A stretch of 64,000 bases of DNA from Chiloscyllium plagiosum. Lineage: Eukaryota. Numbering within the stretch: the stretch's first letter is position 1; each line of letters begins with the position of its first letter. A program made the position numbers and the translations under genes. Positions 1 through 12,022 of this stretch are shown here, piece after piece. Where the stretch lies: assembly GCF_004010195.1 (NCBI RefSeq), contig NC_057757.1, positions 279,794 to 343,793 on the forward strand, given 5' to 3'. A model generated the notes under the pieces. It was not told the origin of the DNA. It saw only the letters and a program-made list of their open reading frames with translations, and searched no databases.

Positions 1-66
1 GAATTGAACCTGGTTCCCTGGCACTATGAGGCAGCAGTGCTAACCACTGAGTCACCCTGCTGCCCA
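1..66 (-). mobile_element. HE1-like tRNA-derived SINE, 5' head (cut by window edge)
   Basis: Reverse complement gives GGGCAGCAGGGTGACTCAGTGGTTAGCACTGCTGCCTC...GGTTCAATTC (A/B boxes); same head as at 5040-5103. Confidence 0.8.
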
Positions 67-157
67 TAGGGATAGATCTTTAGCTTTTGATAGTAATGGC
101 ATTTGCCAATTCTCATTCAACTGCCAATCCTATCAGTACAATCTTCTAACCAAGGAT

Positions 158-540
158 TTGAATTGAATGGAATTGAATTGAATTCATTGTCCCATGTACC
201 GAGTCACAGTGAAAAGCTTTGTCTTGCGATCAATACAGGCAGATCACAGAGTTAAGTCGCATAGAAAGGTAAATAATAGGGAAACAGCAGCAAAAACAGA
301 AACACAGGGACAGGCGAATGTTAAGAGTTTGTGAGTCCATTCAATATTCTAACAACAGTGGGATAGAAACTGTTTCCAAACTGGCTGGTGTGTGTGTTCT
401 GTACCTTCTCCCCGATGGTAGAGGTTGTAGAAAAACATTGTCAGGGTGGGGTGGAGCTTTGAGAACGCTGGCGGCCTGTTCCTGACAGCGGGCCTTGTAG
501 ATGGATTCTACACTTGGGAGGTTGGAGAGGAATGAACTGC
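158..540 (-). mobile_element. Rex1/Babar-like LINE 3' fragment
   Basis: LPSVESIYKARC..AASVLK.PPHP..LQPLPSGRRYR C-terminal motif and (ATTCA)n tail. Confidence 0.75.
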
Positions 541-799
541 CCTTGTATTCCAGAGGATTGTTCAATACACTGAGCCCTCACTCTCTCCCCAGTCTCTGCG
601 CTAGCTGTTGGGGGTCCCTGTGAATGGATTGCTCTTGTTTGGGGATCTCAGGGCCTCTGCTTCTCTGCCTTGTTCACACGTCCCTAACGCCAACCCCAGT
701 CTGATTTCAACCTTACCCTGTGTTCTGTCCTTAACCATGGAAGACAATTCCTCTCTATCTATCCTGAACTGACTCCATGGACATTGCACAAGCTGTGAT

Positions 800-1940
800 T
801 AATAAGACCAAGGAACAGAAGCAGGCCATTCGACCCATCAAGTCTCCTCTACTGTTCATTGGGATCTGGGCTGATCTGATCATCCTCAACGATATTTCCC
901 TGCCTGTTCCCTGGAACTGTTGATTCCTTCACTCAGTAAAAATCTGTCTGTCTCAGCCTTGAATATACTCAATGCCCCAGCCTCGACAGCTCTTTGTGGT
1001 AAATAATTCCACACATTCACTCCCCTCAGGGAGAGGAAATACTTTCCCATCTCTGTCTTCAGTGGGTGACCCCCTTGTTCTGAGATGACCCTCTCTGCTC
1101 CCACAAGGCTGAACAGCCCCTCCACATCTCCCCTGGTCAGTCCCCCTGAGAATCTGGTCGGTTTTAATCAGGTCACCTCTCATCCTTCAAAACTCCAATG
1201 AATACAGCAGGACTGTCCTCACCTTCAGGAGGCAGTGCCTCCATCCCCTGGACCAGCCGAGTGTACCCTCTCTGGACTCTCCCTCCCACCCGTCTCTCTT
1301 TACTTCAATAAGGGACCCAAACTTCCACAGAATTCCAGCTGTGATCTGATACAGCAGGACTGTCCTCACCTTCAGGAGGCAGTGCCTCCATCCCCTGGAC
1401 CAGCCGAGTGTACCCTCTCTGGACTCTCCCTCCCACCCGTCTCTCTTTACTTCAATAAGGGACCCAAACTTCCACAGAATTCCAGCTGTGATCTGACGAG
1501 CGCCTTGTCCCGGTTTAGCAAAACCTCCAGCTTTTAAACTCCATTCCCTATGGAATAAAGGCCAATAGTCCATTTCCCTTCCCTATTCCCCACAGAACTC
1601 GGAGCTAGCTTTCTGGGATTCCTGCGCGGAGACTCCCAAATCCCGGTAGATTTCTGCAGTCTCTCTCTCTCTCTCTCTGTCTCTCCATTTAAGTCATATT
1701 CATCCCCTCTATACTTTCTGCCAAAGTGCACCATTTCACATTTCCCCACACTGTATTCCAGCTGCCAAGCCTTTGCCCGCTAGCGTAGCCCCTGTCTATC
1801 TCCCTCTGTAGACTGACTGGGTCACCCTCAGATCTTGCCTTCTATGTTTATGTCATTTGCAAACTTGGTGATAGTGCAATCATTTTCCTCATCCAAGTCA
1901 TTAATCTATATTGTCAATCGTAATGGCTCCCGCACTAATC
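800..1940 (-). mobile_element. Decayed CR1 LINE 3' fragment with internal 147-bp tandem duplication
   Basis: Fragments KCEMVHFGRK, MRGDLIKT, RGVNVWNYLPQRAVEA in shifting frames. Confidence 0.85.
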
Positions 1941-1974
1941 TCTGTGTGCAGTGGGCTGCGTCCATGGGAGTCTG

Positions 1975-2978
1975 TGTCGGAATGGCAATTGCCTCACAAT
2001 TCTCCTTGAGTTTGCTCCCATCTCCTCCCACAGTTAAAGATGTGCAGGTTAGGGTGGATTGGCCATGGTAAAGTGTCCCATAGTGCCCAGGGATGTGCAG
2101 GTTAGGGTGGATTGGCCGTGGGAAATTGTCCCATAGTGCCCTGGGATGGGCAGGTTAGGGTGGATTGGCCATGGGAAATTGTCCCATAGTGCCCAGGGAT
2201 GTGCAGGTTAGGGTGGGTTAGCCATGAGAAATTGTACCATAGTGTTCAGGGATGTGCAGTTTAGGGTGGATTGGCCATGGGAAATTGTCCCATTGTGCCC
2301 AAGGATGTGCAGGTTAGGGTGGATTGGCCATGTGAAATTGTCCCATAGTGTCCAGGGATGTGCAGGTTAGGGTGGGTTAGCCATGAGAAATTGTCCCATA
2401 GTGTCCAGGGATGTGCAGGTTAGGGTAGATTGGCCGGGGGAAATTGTCCCATAGTGCCCAAGGATGTGCAGGTTAGGGTGGATTGGCCATGGGAACTTGT
2501 CCCATAGTGCCCAGGGATGTGCAGGTTAGGGTGGGTTGGCCAGGGGAAATTGTCCCATAGTGCCCAGAGATGTGCAGGTTAGGGTGGGTTAGCCATGGTA
2601 AATTGTCCCATAGTGCCCAGGGATGTGCAGGTTAGGGTGGATTGGCCATGGGAAATTGTCCCTTAGTGTCCATGGATGTACAGGTTAGGGTGGATTGGCC
2701 ATGGGAAATTGTCCCATAGTGCCCAGGGATGTGCAGGTTAGGGTGGATTGGACATGGGAAATTGTCCCTTAGTGCCCAGGGATGTGCAGGTTAGGGTGGA
2801 TTGGCCATGGGAAATTGTCCCATAGTGTCCAGGGATGTGCAGGTTAGGGTGGATTCGCCATGGGAAATGCAGGGGTACAGGAATAGGGAATGAGTCTGGG
2901 TGAGATGCTGTTTGGAGGGTTGACTTTGACTTGATGGGCTGAATGGTGTTTTTCTGCACTGTCGGGATTCTATGATTC
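1975..2978 (+). mobile_element. HE1-like SINE with expanded internal 53-bp array
   Basis: Degenerate body, then tandem units, then the LINE-derived tail ...CACTGTCGGGATTCTATGATTCT. Confidence 0.8.
2039..2868 (+). repeat. 53-bp minisatellite, ~15-16 copies
   Basis: Unit GGGATGTGCAGGTTAGGGTGGATTGGCCATGGGAAATTGTCCCATAGTGCCCA; period 53 (2041, 2094...). Confidence 0.95.
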
Positions 2979-3153
2979 TGTGTGTGTGTGTGTGTCTGTC
3001 TGTCTGTCTGTGTGTGTCTGAGTGCATCTGTCTGAGAGTGTTTGTGTGTGTGGGATCATTATGATACAGCATGGTCTCAGTGATGGTGAAACCACGCAAG
3101 ATGTTGCGCTGTGAATATTGTGAGCACATCCCCAGTCAATGGGGTTGACGATG

Positions 3154-3653
3154 NNNNNNNNNNNNNNNNNNNNNNNNNNNNNNNNNNNNNNNNNNNNNNN
3201 NNNNNNNNNNNNNNNNNNNNNNNNNNNNNNNNNNNNNNNNNNNNNNNNNNNNNNNNNNNNNNNNNNNNNNNNNNNNNNNNNNNNNNNNNNNNNNNNNNNN
3301 NNNNNNNNNNNNNNNNNNNNNNNNNNNNNNNNNNNNNNNNNNNNNNNNNNNNNNNNNNNNNNNNNNNNNNNNNNNNNNNNNNNNNNNNNNNNNNNNNNNN
3401 NNNNNNNNNNNNNNNNNNNNNNNNNNNNNNNNNNNNNNNNNNNNNNNNNNNNNNNNNNNNNNNNNNNNNNNNNNNNNNNNNNNNNNNNNNNNNNNNNNNN
3501 NNNNNNNNNNNNNNNNNNNNNNNNNNNNNNNNNNNNNNNNNNNNNNNNNNNNNNNNNNNNNNNNNNNNNNNNNNNNNNNNNNNNNNNNNNNNNNNNNNNN
3601 NNNNNNNNNNNNNNNNNNNNNNNNNNNNNNNNNNNNNNNNNNNNNNNNNNNNN
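3154..3653. other. Assembly gap (other gaps: 26506-27107, 28451-28501, 29745-30508, 33654-34153, 48396-48448, 50781-50910)
   Basis: Runs of N. Confidence 1.
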
Positions 3654-4037
3654 AGCGTTCCTTTCCAGACCCTCCCCTCATCCTATCCCCATAACTCTTC
3701 ATTTCCCATGGCCAATCCACCCTAACCTGCACATCCCTGGGCACTGTGGGACAATTTCCCATGGCCAATCCATCATAACCTGTACATCCCTGGACACTTT
3801 GGGACAATTTCCCATGGCCAATCCACCCTAACCTGCACATCCCTGGGCACTATGGGACAATTTCCCACGGCCAATCCACCCTAACCTGCACATCTTTGGA
3901 TTGTGGGAGGAAACTGGAGCACCTGCAGGAGACCCACCGCAGACAAGGGGAGAATGTGCAAACTCCACAGAGACAGTCACCTGAGGGTGGGATCAAACCC
4001 AGGTTCCTGGTGCTGGGAAGCAGCAGTGCGAACCACT
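3654..4037 (-). mobile_element. HE1-like SINE with ~4 internal 53-bp units
   Basis: tRNA-like head near 3990-4037 and 53-bp units 3700-3895. Confidence 0.85.
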
Positions 4038-4711
4038 ATCTGCTTCACAGTATTGGCATCTTATTAACTGCCTCGCGATTGCTGTTGTGGTATTGAATCT
4101 GGTGGAGAATAGCAAAGAAGCAGCTGTTTTGCTGTAGAGAACTTGGATCTTGCTGTCAAGAGAGACATACTGTTGACATCTTGTTGTCATCAGGACACAC
4201 ACAAGAATACTAGATTTCTAATTGGCCTCACAATGTATACAACTTGGACAAAGTGTGCTGATAGTTTGAGGTTTTGTGATATCAATAATAACAGGGGGTT
4301 TTAGGCTTCCCACATCCCTGGGTAATTGAGAGAAAGCGAGTTCTTGCTGCTCCAGTCTCAGCGTGCTTTCAGTGGCCCCAGTTGAAGTCATCCACTGCCA
4401 GTTAATTTCTGAGAATTGAGATGATGCGTTTGGAGCATCCTCCGGTTAAACTCATCTGAAAATGCCCGCTGTTGTCTGATCTTGGAAGCAAAATGGGTTC
4501 AAACCTGGCTAGTACCGGGATGGCAGACCACCTAGGAATACCATTTTTATGAGGAAAGGTGGACTTGTGATGCGATGGTACCCTTGAGCCAGGAGGCCTG
4601 GGTTCAATCCCCATCTGCTGCAGAGGTGTGTCATAACATCCCTGAACACAGTCAGTGGAAATTACCTCCCATGTTCGGAGCTGTGTTCCTTCAGGTTTAA
4701 TTCATACAACC

Positions 4712-5103
4712 AGAGAATCACTACAGTGTGGAAGCAGGCCATTTTGCCCATCGAATCCACAACAACCCTTCAAAGACATCCCAACCCTGCCCTATCCCTG
4801 TACCTCTGCATTTCCCGTGGCTAATCCATCTGGCCTGCACATCCCTGGACACTATGGGACAATTTCCCATGGCCAATCCACCCTAACCTGCACATTCCTG
4901 GACACAATGGGACAATTTCCCAAGGCTAATCCATCCAACCTGCACATCTTTGGATTGTGGGAGGAAATCAGAGCATCCGGAGGAAACCCATGCAGACACG
5001 GGGAGAATGTGCATACTTCATACAGACAGTCGCCCGAGGAATCGAACCCAGGTTCCTCGTGCTGGGAGGCAACAGTGCTAACCACAGAGCCACCATGCTG
5101 CCC
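4712..5103 (-). mobile_element. Full-length HE1-like SINE (~3 units)
   Basis: Head GGGCAGCATGGTGGCTCTGTGGTTAGCACTG...GGTTCGATTCC, central units, LINE-like tail. Confidence 0.85.
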
Positions 5104-5562
5104 TAATTGTTGGAAAGTTTTAAAATATTTTAAACTTTCAACTTGCAAGTTTTAGTTTTCCTTTCTCTCTGACTCTTTCTGTCTCTGTGTCACCCTCTCT
5201 CTTTCTCTCCATTCAAGAACCTTCCCTTTTTTATTTGTCTGTGATCCGCCATTGATTTCAAAACCCCCATCCCTCCCTTTCACTCTGATCCTCTCTTCAT
5301 TTCAGTGTCATCAAAGCATTGCCTATTTGTTTAGTTCCCATGGGATCACTTGGGTCTCACTGTAATGTACTCAGTTTGAACTTGGAGCAATGTCTCAGTG
5401 AAAGTTGAGACATAAGCAACATGCTCCAGTCCATAGTCTTCCACACGTTTGCATGTTCCACGCTATGAGCCATTCTGAAAGCTTGCAGTGACCTTCCACT
5501 GTGACCATTAATGACCCAAGACACAGAAATCAATAATTATTCTCAAATCTCACTCTCACAGG

Positions 5563-7216
5563 GGTAGTATCGGATGTTGGAGTTAGGCAAATATTGTTCC
5601 TCTGTTCAAGAAAGGGAATAGTGAAATCCCTGGGAATTACAGACCAGTCAGTCTTACATCTGTGATAAGCAAGGTATTGGAAAGGATACTGAGAGATAGG
5701 ATTTACGACTAATTGGAAAAACATAATTTGATTAAAGATAGTCAGCCTGGCTTTGTGAGGGGCAGGTCTTGCCTCACAAGCCTTATTGAGTTCTTTGAGG
5801 ATGTGATGAGACAAGCTGACAAAGGTCGAGTTGTGGATGTGGTGTATATGGATTTCAGTGAGGCATTTGATAAGGTTCCCACGGTAGGCTTATTGAGAAA
5901 GTTGGGAGGTAAGGGATACAGGGGAATGTGGCTGTCTGGATACAGAATTGTCTGGCCGAAAGAAGACAGCGAGTGGTAGTGGATGGAAGATATTCCGCCT
6001 GGAGCTCGGTGACCAGTGGTGTCCCGCAGGGATCTGTTCTTGGGCCTCTGCTCTTTGTAGTTTTTATAAATGACTTGGATGAAGAAGTGGGAGGGTGGGT
6101 TAGTAAGTTTGCCGATGACACAAAGGTCAGTGGGTGTTGGAGATAGTATCGAGGGCTGTTGCAGGCTACAACATGACATTGACAGGATGCAGAGCTGGGC
6201 TGAGAAGTGGCAGATGGAGTTCAACCTGGATAAATCTGAAGTGATTCATTTTGGAAGGTCAAATTTGAATGCTGATTACAGGGTTAAAGACAGGTTTCTT
6301 GGCAGTGTGGCGGAACAGTGGGATCTTGTGGTCGATGTACGTAGATCCTTCAAAGTTGCCACCAGAATTGATAGGGTTGTTAAGAAGGCTTATGGTGTTT
6401 TGGCTTTCATTAACAAGGGGATTGAGTTTAAGAGCCACAAGGTTTTACTGCAGCTCTATAAAACTCTGGTTTGACCACAGTTGGAATATTGTCAAGATTA
6501 GAGTGGTGCTGGAAAAGCACAGCAGGTCAGGCAGCATCCGAGGAGCAGGAAAATTGACGTTTCAGGCAAAAGCCCTTCTCAGGAATCCAATGAAGGGCTT
6601 TTGCCCAAAACATCGATTTTCCTGCTCCTTGGATGCTGCCTGACCTGCTGTACTTTTCCAGCACCGCACTAATCTCCAGCATCTGCAGTCCCACCTCTGC
6701 CTTGGAATATTGTGTCCAGTTCTGGTCGCCTCATTATTGGAAGGATGTAGATGTTTTAGAGAGGGTGCAGAGAAGATTTACCAGGATGCTACCTGGATTG
6801 GAAAGCTTGGCTTATGAAGAGAGATTGAGTGAGCTTGGGCTTTTCACACTGCAGAGAAGAAGGAAGACAGGTGCCTTAATAGAGGTATACAAGGTAATGA
6901 GAGGCATAGATGGATTGGATAGCCAGAGACCTTTCCCCTGGGCAGAAATGGCTGTCACGAGGGGGCAGCATTTTAAGGTGTTTGGAGGAAGGTTTAGGGG
7001 AGATATCAGAGGGAGGTTCTTTACTCAGAGAGTGGGGGGTGTGTGGAATGCACTGCCAGCAGTGGGAGTAGGGTCAGAGACATTGGGAACATTTCAGCGA
7101 CTGCTGGATAAGCACCTGGACGGCAGTAAATTGAGGGGTGTGTAGGTTCGGATGGTCTTAGATTAAGGGAAATACTTTGGGCCGAAGGACCTGGACTGTG
7201 CTGTTCTATGTTCTAT
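5563..7216 (+). mobile_element. CR1 (HER1-like) LINE, 5'-truncated ORF2 RT region to 3' tail
   Basis: [71 protein letters not shown]; frameshifted; (TTCTATG) tail. Confidence 0.95.
6493..6701. mobile_element. Fold-back Penelope-type mini-element (family A) inserted in CR1
   Basis: Inverted arms centred near 6585; exact 12-bp TSD TTGGAATATTGT at 6481-6492 and 6702-6713. Confidence 0.85.
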
Positions 7217-7459
7217 CAGCTTTATAAATGCATAAAGATAAAAAGCTGCACACAGCCGGTCAGCCAATTTCTAACAGCAATAATTACTCAAATTAATTAT
7301 ATTTTCCCTGATGGTGCGATAGAATCTCTTAATTTCTGCATTAAATCTACAAATTTCAAATTCAAATAGTACAAACACAGGCAATTGCTATATGATGCCT
7401 GTCCATCCCGGGTATTTGTGGATTTCGTTGCTTTTTAACCAGAGCCAGCATGTGGTTAA

Positions 7460-8035
7460 GTATGGAGTAAAATTCCCTACACTCTGTTAAACTGAAAGTA
7501 AATCTCTCTCACACTGTCTCCATCATACACTCCCAGGAAGGGTGCAACACGAGGTTAGACACAAAGTAAAGCTGCCTCTATTCTTTTAAAGTGAAAGTCA
7601 AGGTCCCTCTACATTGTCCCCCCTATGAAATACTCCCAGGATAGGGATAGCACAGAGTTAGGTACAGGGTAAAGCTCGCTCTACACTGTCCCCCCATCAA
7701 ACACTCTCAGGGACAGGGACAGCATGGTGTTAGATACAGAGTAAAGCTCCCTCTACACTGTCCCCCCATCAAACCCTCCCAGTACAGTGACAGCACGGGG
7801 TTAGATACAGAGTAAAGCTCCTCTACACTGTCCCTCCATCAAACCCTTCCAGTACAGTGACAGCATGGGGTTAGATACAGAGTAAAGCTCCCTCTACACT
7901 GTCCCCCCATCAAACCCTCCCAGGGACAGGAATAGCACAGGGGTATATACAGAGTAAAGCTCCCTCTACACTGTCCCCCCATCAAACCCTCCCAGAACAG
8001 TGACAGCACAGGGTTAGATACAGAGTAAAGCTCCC
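7460..8035 (+). repeat. ~70-bp minisatellite, ~8 copies
   Basis: Unit GGGACAGGGACAGCACGGGGTTAGATACAGAGTAAAGCTCCCTCTACACTGTCCCCCCATCAAACACTCCCA (TAGATACAGA at 7731, 7802...). Confidence 0.9.
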
Positions 8036-8524
8036 ATCTTCTTTATATCAGGCTTTTTTCTGCTCAGTGATGTCACATCACCTTCTCTATGCCTCCTAAT
8101 GAAGGTGACATTTGAAGATAAAACATCAACTATCTAGGAAGATAAATATTGCTTTGGAAATCAGCAGCATACCTGATGCTGAGTCTGAGCTGCTTGCTGA
8201 GGGAGGTAACGTTTAGCTCTATTTTAATGAACAACGGTTGCTTTAGAAACTGGACCATCTAAGTGATGTGACAGTGAATATTTTAACACTAAATTGAGGC
8301 TTTGAGCGAGGGGGTGGAGAGTTGCCGTGAGCAGGGGGCCGTGTTCTGGAAGGATCAGTCACTCTACAGATGGCTGAGCTGACTGTGTGTGTAAGCTTTA
8401 TATTTAATTAACATTCTCCTTGTATTGGCTCTGGCCAGTGGATGGCAAAGCGCCTTTCAGGCTCTTACCTCTCTTCCTTAGTGCACAGCTCGATCCCAGG
8501 TTCAAATCTGCCTTCTATTGTTTA

Positions 8525-9000
8525 TAGACTCATACAGTCATACAGCACGGAAACAGACCCTTCACCCTAGCTCGTCCATGCCGACCAGATATCCGAACCT
8601 AATCTAGTCCCATTTGCCAGCAGCCAGCCCATATACCTCTAAACCTTTCCGATTCATATACCCATCCAGATGCCTTTTAAATGTTGTAATTGTACCAGCC
8701 TCCATCACTTCCTCTGGCAGCTCATTCCATACACGCACCACCCTCTGAGTAAAAAGGTTGCCCCTTAGGTCCTTTTATATCTTTTCCCTCTCACCCTAAA
8801 TCTATGCCTGTCTGGTTTTGAATTCCCCTTCACTGGGGTAAAGACCTTGGCTATTCACATCTTGTCTGTGCCCCTCGTGATTTTATAAACATCGAGAACG
8901 TCCCCCCTCAGCCTTCAGTGAAGAGAGGTCCAGCCTCTCCTTATAATTCAAATCCTTCAGTGCCGGTAAAACCCTTGTCAATCCTTTTTGCATCCTTTCC
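8525..9000 (-). mobile_element. CR1 3' fragment
   Basis: Reverse complement encodes RVVRVWNELPEEV-type C-terminus and tail. Confidence 0.85.
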
Positions 9001-9223
9001 AGGGTTGTGGATAAATCACCACAAGTTATCTTTAATTCAGCTACTCATTACAAAATCTCTCAATCAAATACTGAAACAACAATTCAGACTTTATTGCACA
9101 GAGCAACCAAATATTAGACTCCTCAAATAAGCAAGCAGGTAACAGCGAACCAACTTAGATGTTACCTGATTAATGGTGAAATCTGGCCAGGACATCAACC
9201 ATGGATGATCTGTCCCTGGAAGT

Positions 9224-9772
9224 TATAGACTTATAGTCAGAGTCGTACAGCATGGAAACAGACCCTTCGATCGAACTAGTCCATACTGACCAGAATTCCA
9301 AACTAAACCAGTCTCACCTGCCTGCTCCTGGCCCATATCCCTCCAAACATTTCTTATTCATGTATTTATCAAAATGTCTTTTAAATGTTGCAACTATATT
9401 CACATCTAAGACTTCCTCTGGAAGTTCATTCCGACATGAACCACTCTCTATGTAAAAAATAAGTTGCCCCTTGTGTATTTATTAAATCTTTCTCCTCTCA
9501 CCTTGAACATTTGTCCCCTAGTCTTGAAATCCACCACCCTGCGGAAAAGACACCTGCCCATTCACCTTATCTATGATTTTATGAGTCTCTATAAGGTCAC
9601 CCCTCAACATCCTATGCTCCAGGGAAAAGAAAATGTCCCAGCCTATTCAGTCTGTCTTTATAACTCAAACCGTTCATACACAGTAACATCCTGGTGAATC
9701 TCTTCTGAATCCTCTCTGGTTTGATAATATAATTCCTTTTACAGGGAGACCAGGAGTGGACACAGAACTCAA
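9224..9772 (-). mobile_element. CR1 3' fragment
   Basis: Same CR1 C-terminal and tail motifs on the minus strand. Confidence 0.85.
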
Positions 9773-10402
9773 GTTACAAGTTTACAATTTGCCAGGATTT
9801 GGTCTTTTTGTGGTGTTGATTTTCGAAGTTCTGTTAAGGTGGAGTTCTGGTGTTCGATTCTTATACAGATTTTCCATTCAGTCAATAATCATTATCACCG
9901 TTGATTTTTTTTAAAAATCCTTTCATCCAAATTACTATAGGCATACAGCTGGCCTCCTTATCAAAAGTAATTTGTCTGTTGGTTCTTACCTTTTGGCATT
10001 GACTGTCCTATTGAAGACACAGCTTTGTTGTGATTAACTCCTTCAGTTCTGCTGGGCAATCCCTTATTCTTGTGGCGTAATGGATCCAATCTATCAAGCA
10101 GTTTTGTCTGTGTAGCCTGTACTCCTCGATGTGGCTAGTTCTTTCAATTCGTGTATAAGTTTGTCCTTGTCTTTAATAATTTACTCCAGACACAGTTATT
10201 GCGGATTTCTTTGAGTGTATGACAGGTTATCTTTGTTGATTTATTCAATCCCTGAACAGTTGTTAACGATCTGAAGATTATAATCTCATACCAATTTAAT
10301 AACATCCTTCCTAGAGCAGCACAACTAGAATTGTACACAGTTTTCCAAATGTGGCCTTACCATTGTCTTGCACAGCCTTAACAAGACTTGTTTGTCCTTT
10401 TG

Positions 10403-10498
10403 AGAAAGTGAGGACTGCAGATGCTGGAGATCAGAGTCGGGAGTGTGGTGCTGGAAAAGCACAGCAGGTCAGGCAGCATCCGAGGAGCAGGGGAGTCA
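10403..10498 (-). mobile_element. Penelope-type mini-element (family A), truncated
   Basis: AAAGTGAGGACTGCAGATGCTGG...GGAGCAGGGGAGTC; 14-bp TSD TGTTTG(T/C)CCTTTTG at 10389-10402 and 10499-10512. Confidence 0.8.
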
Positions 10499-10688
10499 TG
10501 TTTGCCCTTTTGTTTTTCTCAAACCTTGGGGAACACAATGTCAGTGGATGTTCTTCAGTAGTCTCTGTGTTTGCGGATGGTTGGGGAGGTGGTGACAGGC
10601 GGGGCAGTAGAAGGCGAAGCAGAAACGATATGTGAGGACTATTGAAACGTCCTGGTGGCTACAACTCCCAAGGGAGCGCAGCTACCAG

Positions 10689-11135
10689 GGTTAGAGGGTT
10701 GGAGCTATAGGGAGCGGCTGGATAGACTGGGGCTGTTTTCATTGGAGCTTTGGAGGCTGAGGGGTGACCTCATAGAGATTTATAAAATAATGAGGGACAT
10801 GGATAGGGTAAATTGACAAGGTCTTTTCCCTAGGGCAGGGGAGTCCAGAACTAGAGGGCATAGGTTTAGGGTGAGAGGGGAAAGATGTAAAAGGGATCCA
10901 AGGGGCATAGAGCATGGTGCGTGTATGGAATGAGCTGCCAGAGGAAGTGGTGGAGACTGGTACAATTGCAACATTTAAAAGGCATCTGGATGTATTTTTA
11001 GGAAGGGTTTGGAGGGATATGGGCCAAGTGCTGGCAAGTGGGACTAGGTTTGGGTTGGGATATCTGGCTGGCATGGACAATTTGGACCGAAGGGTCTGTT
11101 TCTGTGCAGTACATCTGTATGAGTCGATGACTCTA
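10689..11135 (+). mobile_element. CR1 3' fragment inserted in a decayed Deu-domain SINE
   Basis: RLRGDLIEIYKIMR, VWNELPEEVVE; flanked by CTACCAG direct repeats; host SINE pieces at 10635-10688 and 11140-11300. Confidence 0.85.
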
Positions 11136-11726
11136 CCAGTCTGAGCACAGCAAGATCCCAGAAACAGTGCAGTGATGATGACAAGAGAAGCTATTTTGGG
11201 TGATATGGCTATGCTGTAGATGGTGACACCCACCCCCACTCCACCTTACCCGGACACTGAGAAGGATTCCCCCATGTCCTCCCTTTGCCATTGTAGCTGT
11301 AGCGCTGAGAAATGAGGACGGCTGCTGTGTTTCAGAGACGGCAGCCCTTAACTCTGCTTGCACTCTTAGGAGGTTTTCAAACAAATCACATTGCAACTTG
11401 CTCTGCAATCAGTTTGCTGTATGCTTGTTCCAGCTTTCTGAGGAGCTGAGTTGGAGCAATTAATGAGTTAATGTTGGTCGACAACACGTATATGAAATTG
11501 CACCTTTGGCTTCAAATTTACGACCAGCTCCCGTTGGTCTCTGATGAGCTTTTAAACTGACTGTACAGCTATGGAATGAAATGTCAGGCACGCATTGTGA
11601 ACTTTCAGTAATATATTTCGACTCTCTGACGATTTGTCAGAATGGTTCCGGGGGTAAAGGCCAGACGGTTAGATTGGAGAAGTTGGGCTTCTTCAATTCA
11701 GAGAAAAGGAAACTCAAAGGAGTTGC

Positions 11727-11820
11727 AAAGTTAAAAATCACACAACACCAGGGAATAACCGAACAGGCTCCTTCACCAGGTGGTTCATCAGGTACACCCC
11801 AGTCCAACACTGGCATCTCC
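11727..11820. mobile_element. Deleted Penelope-type mini-element (family B)
   Basis: AAGTTAAAAATCACACAACACCAGG...CACCCCAGTCCAACACTGGCATCTCC matches 13180-13388; flanked by AAAGGA(G/A)TTG repeats. Confidence 0.7.
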
Positions 11821-12022
11821 AAAGGAATTGTGATGGAGTGTGCAAGATAATGTCAGCTTCAGGGAAGGTGGGGGTGAGAAAGCTGCTCTCATTTCTTGAT
11901 GTTCAAGGACAAGTGGGTAATATGTGGAAGAGCTATTTTTATGCAGCAAATCGTGGTCCACATTGGGACTAATGACATCAGAAGGAAGGATTGAGGTCCT
12001 AAAGGAACCTCAGGGAGTGTTT

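Noticed and set aside
2039..2868. Interstitial telomere
   Set aside because: Only one TTAGGG per 53-bp unit, not tandem hexamers.
9780..10300. AT-rich stretch with coiled-coil-like peptide IIKDKDKLIHELKELA and an AG|GTAAGA donor; possible exon or viral fossil
   Set aside because: Stops and frameshifts, poor acceptor and no recognisable motif; cannot be supported without a search.
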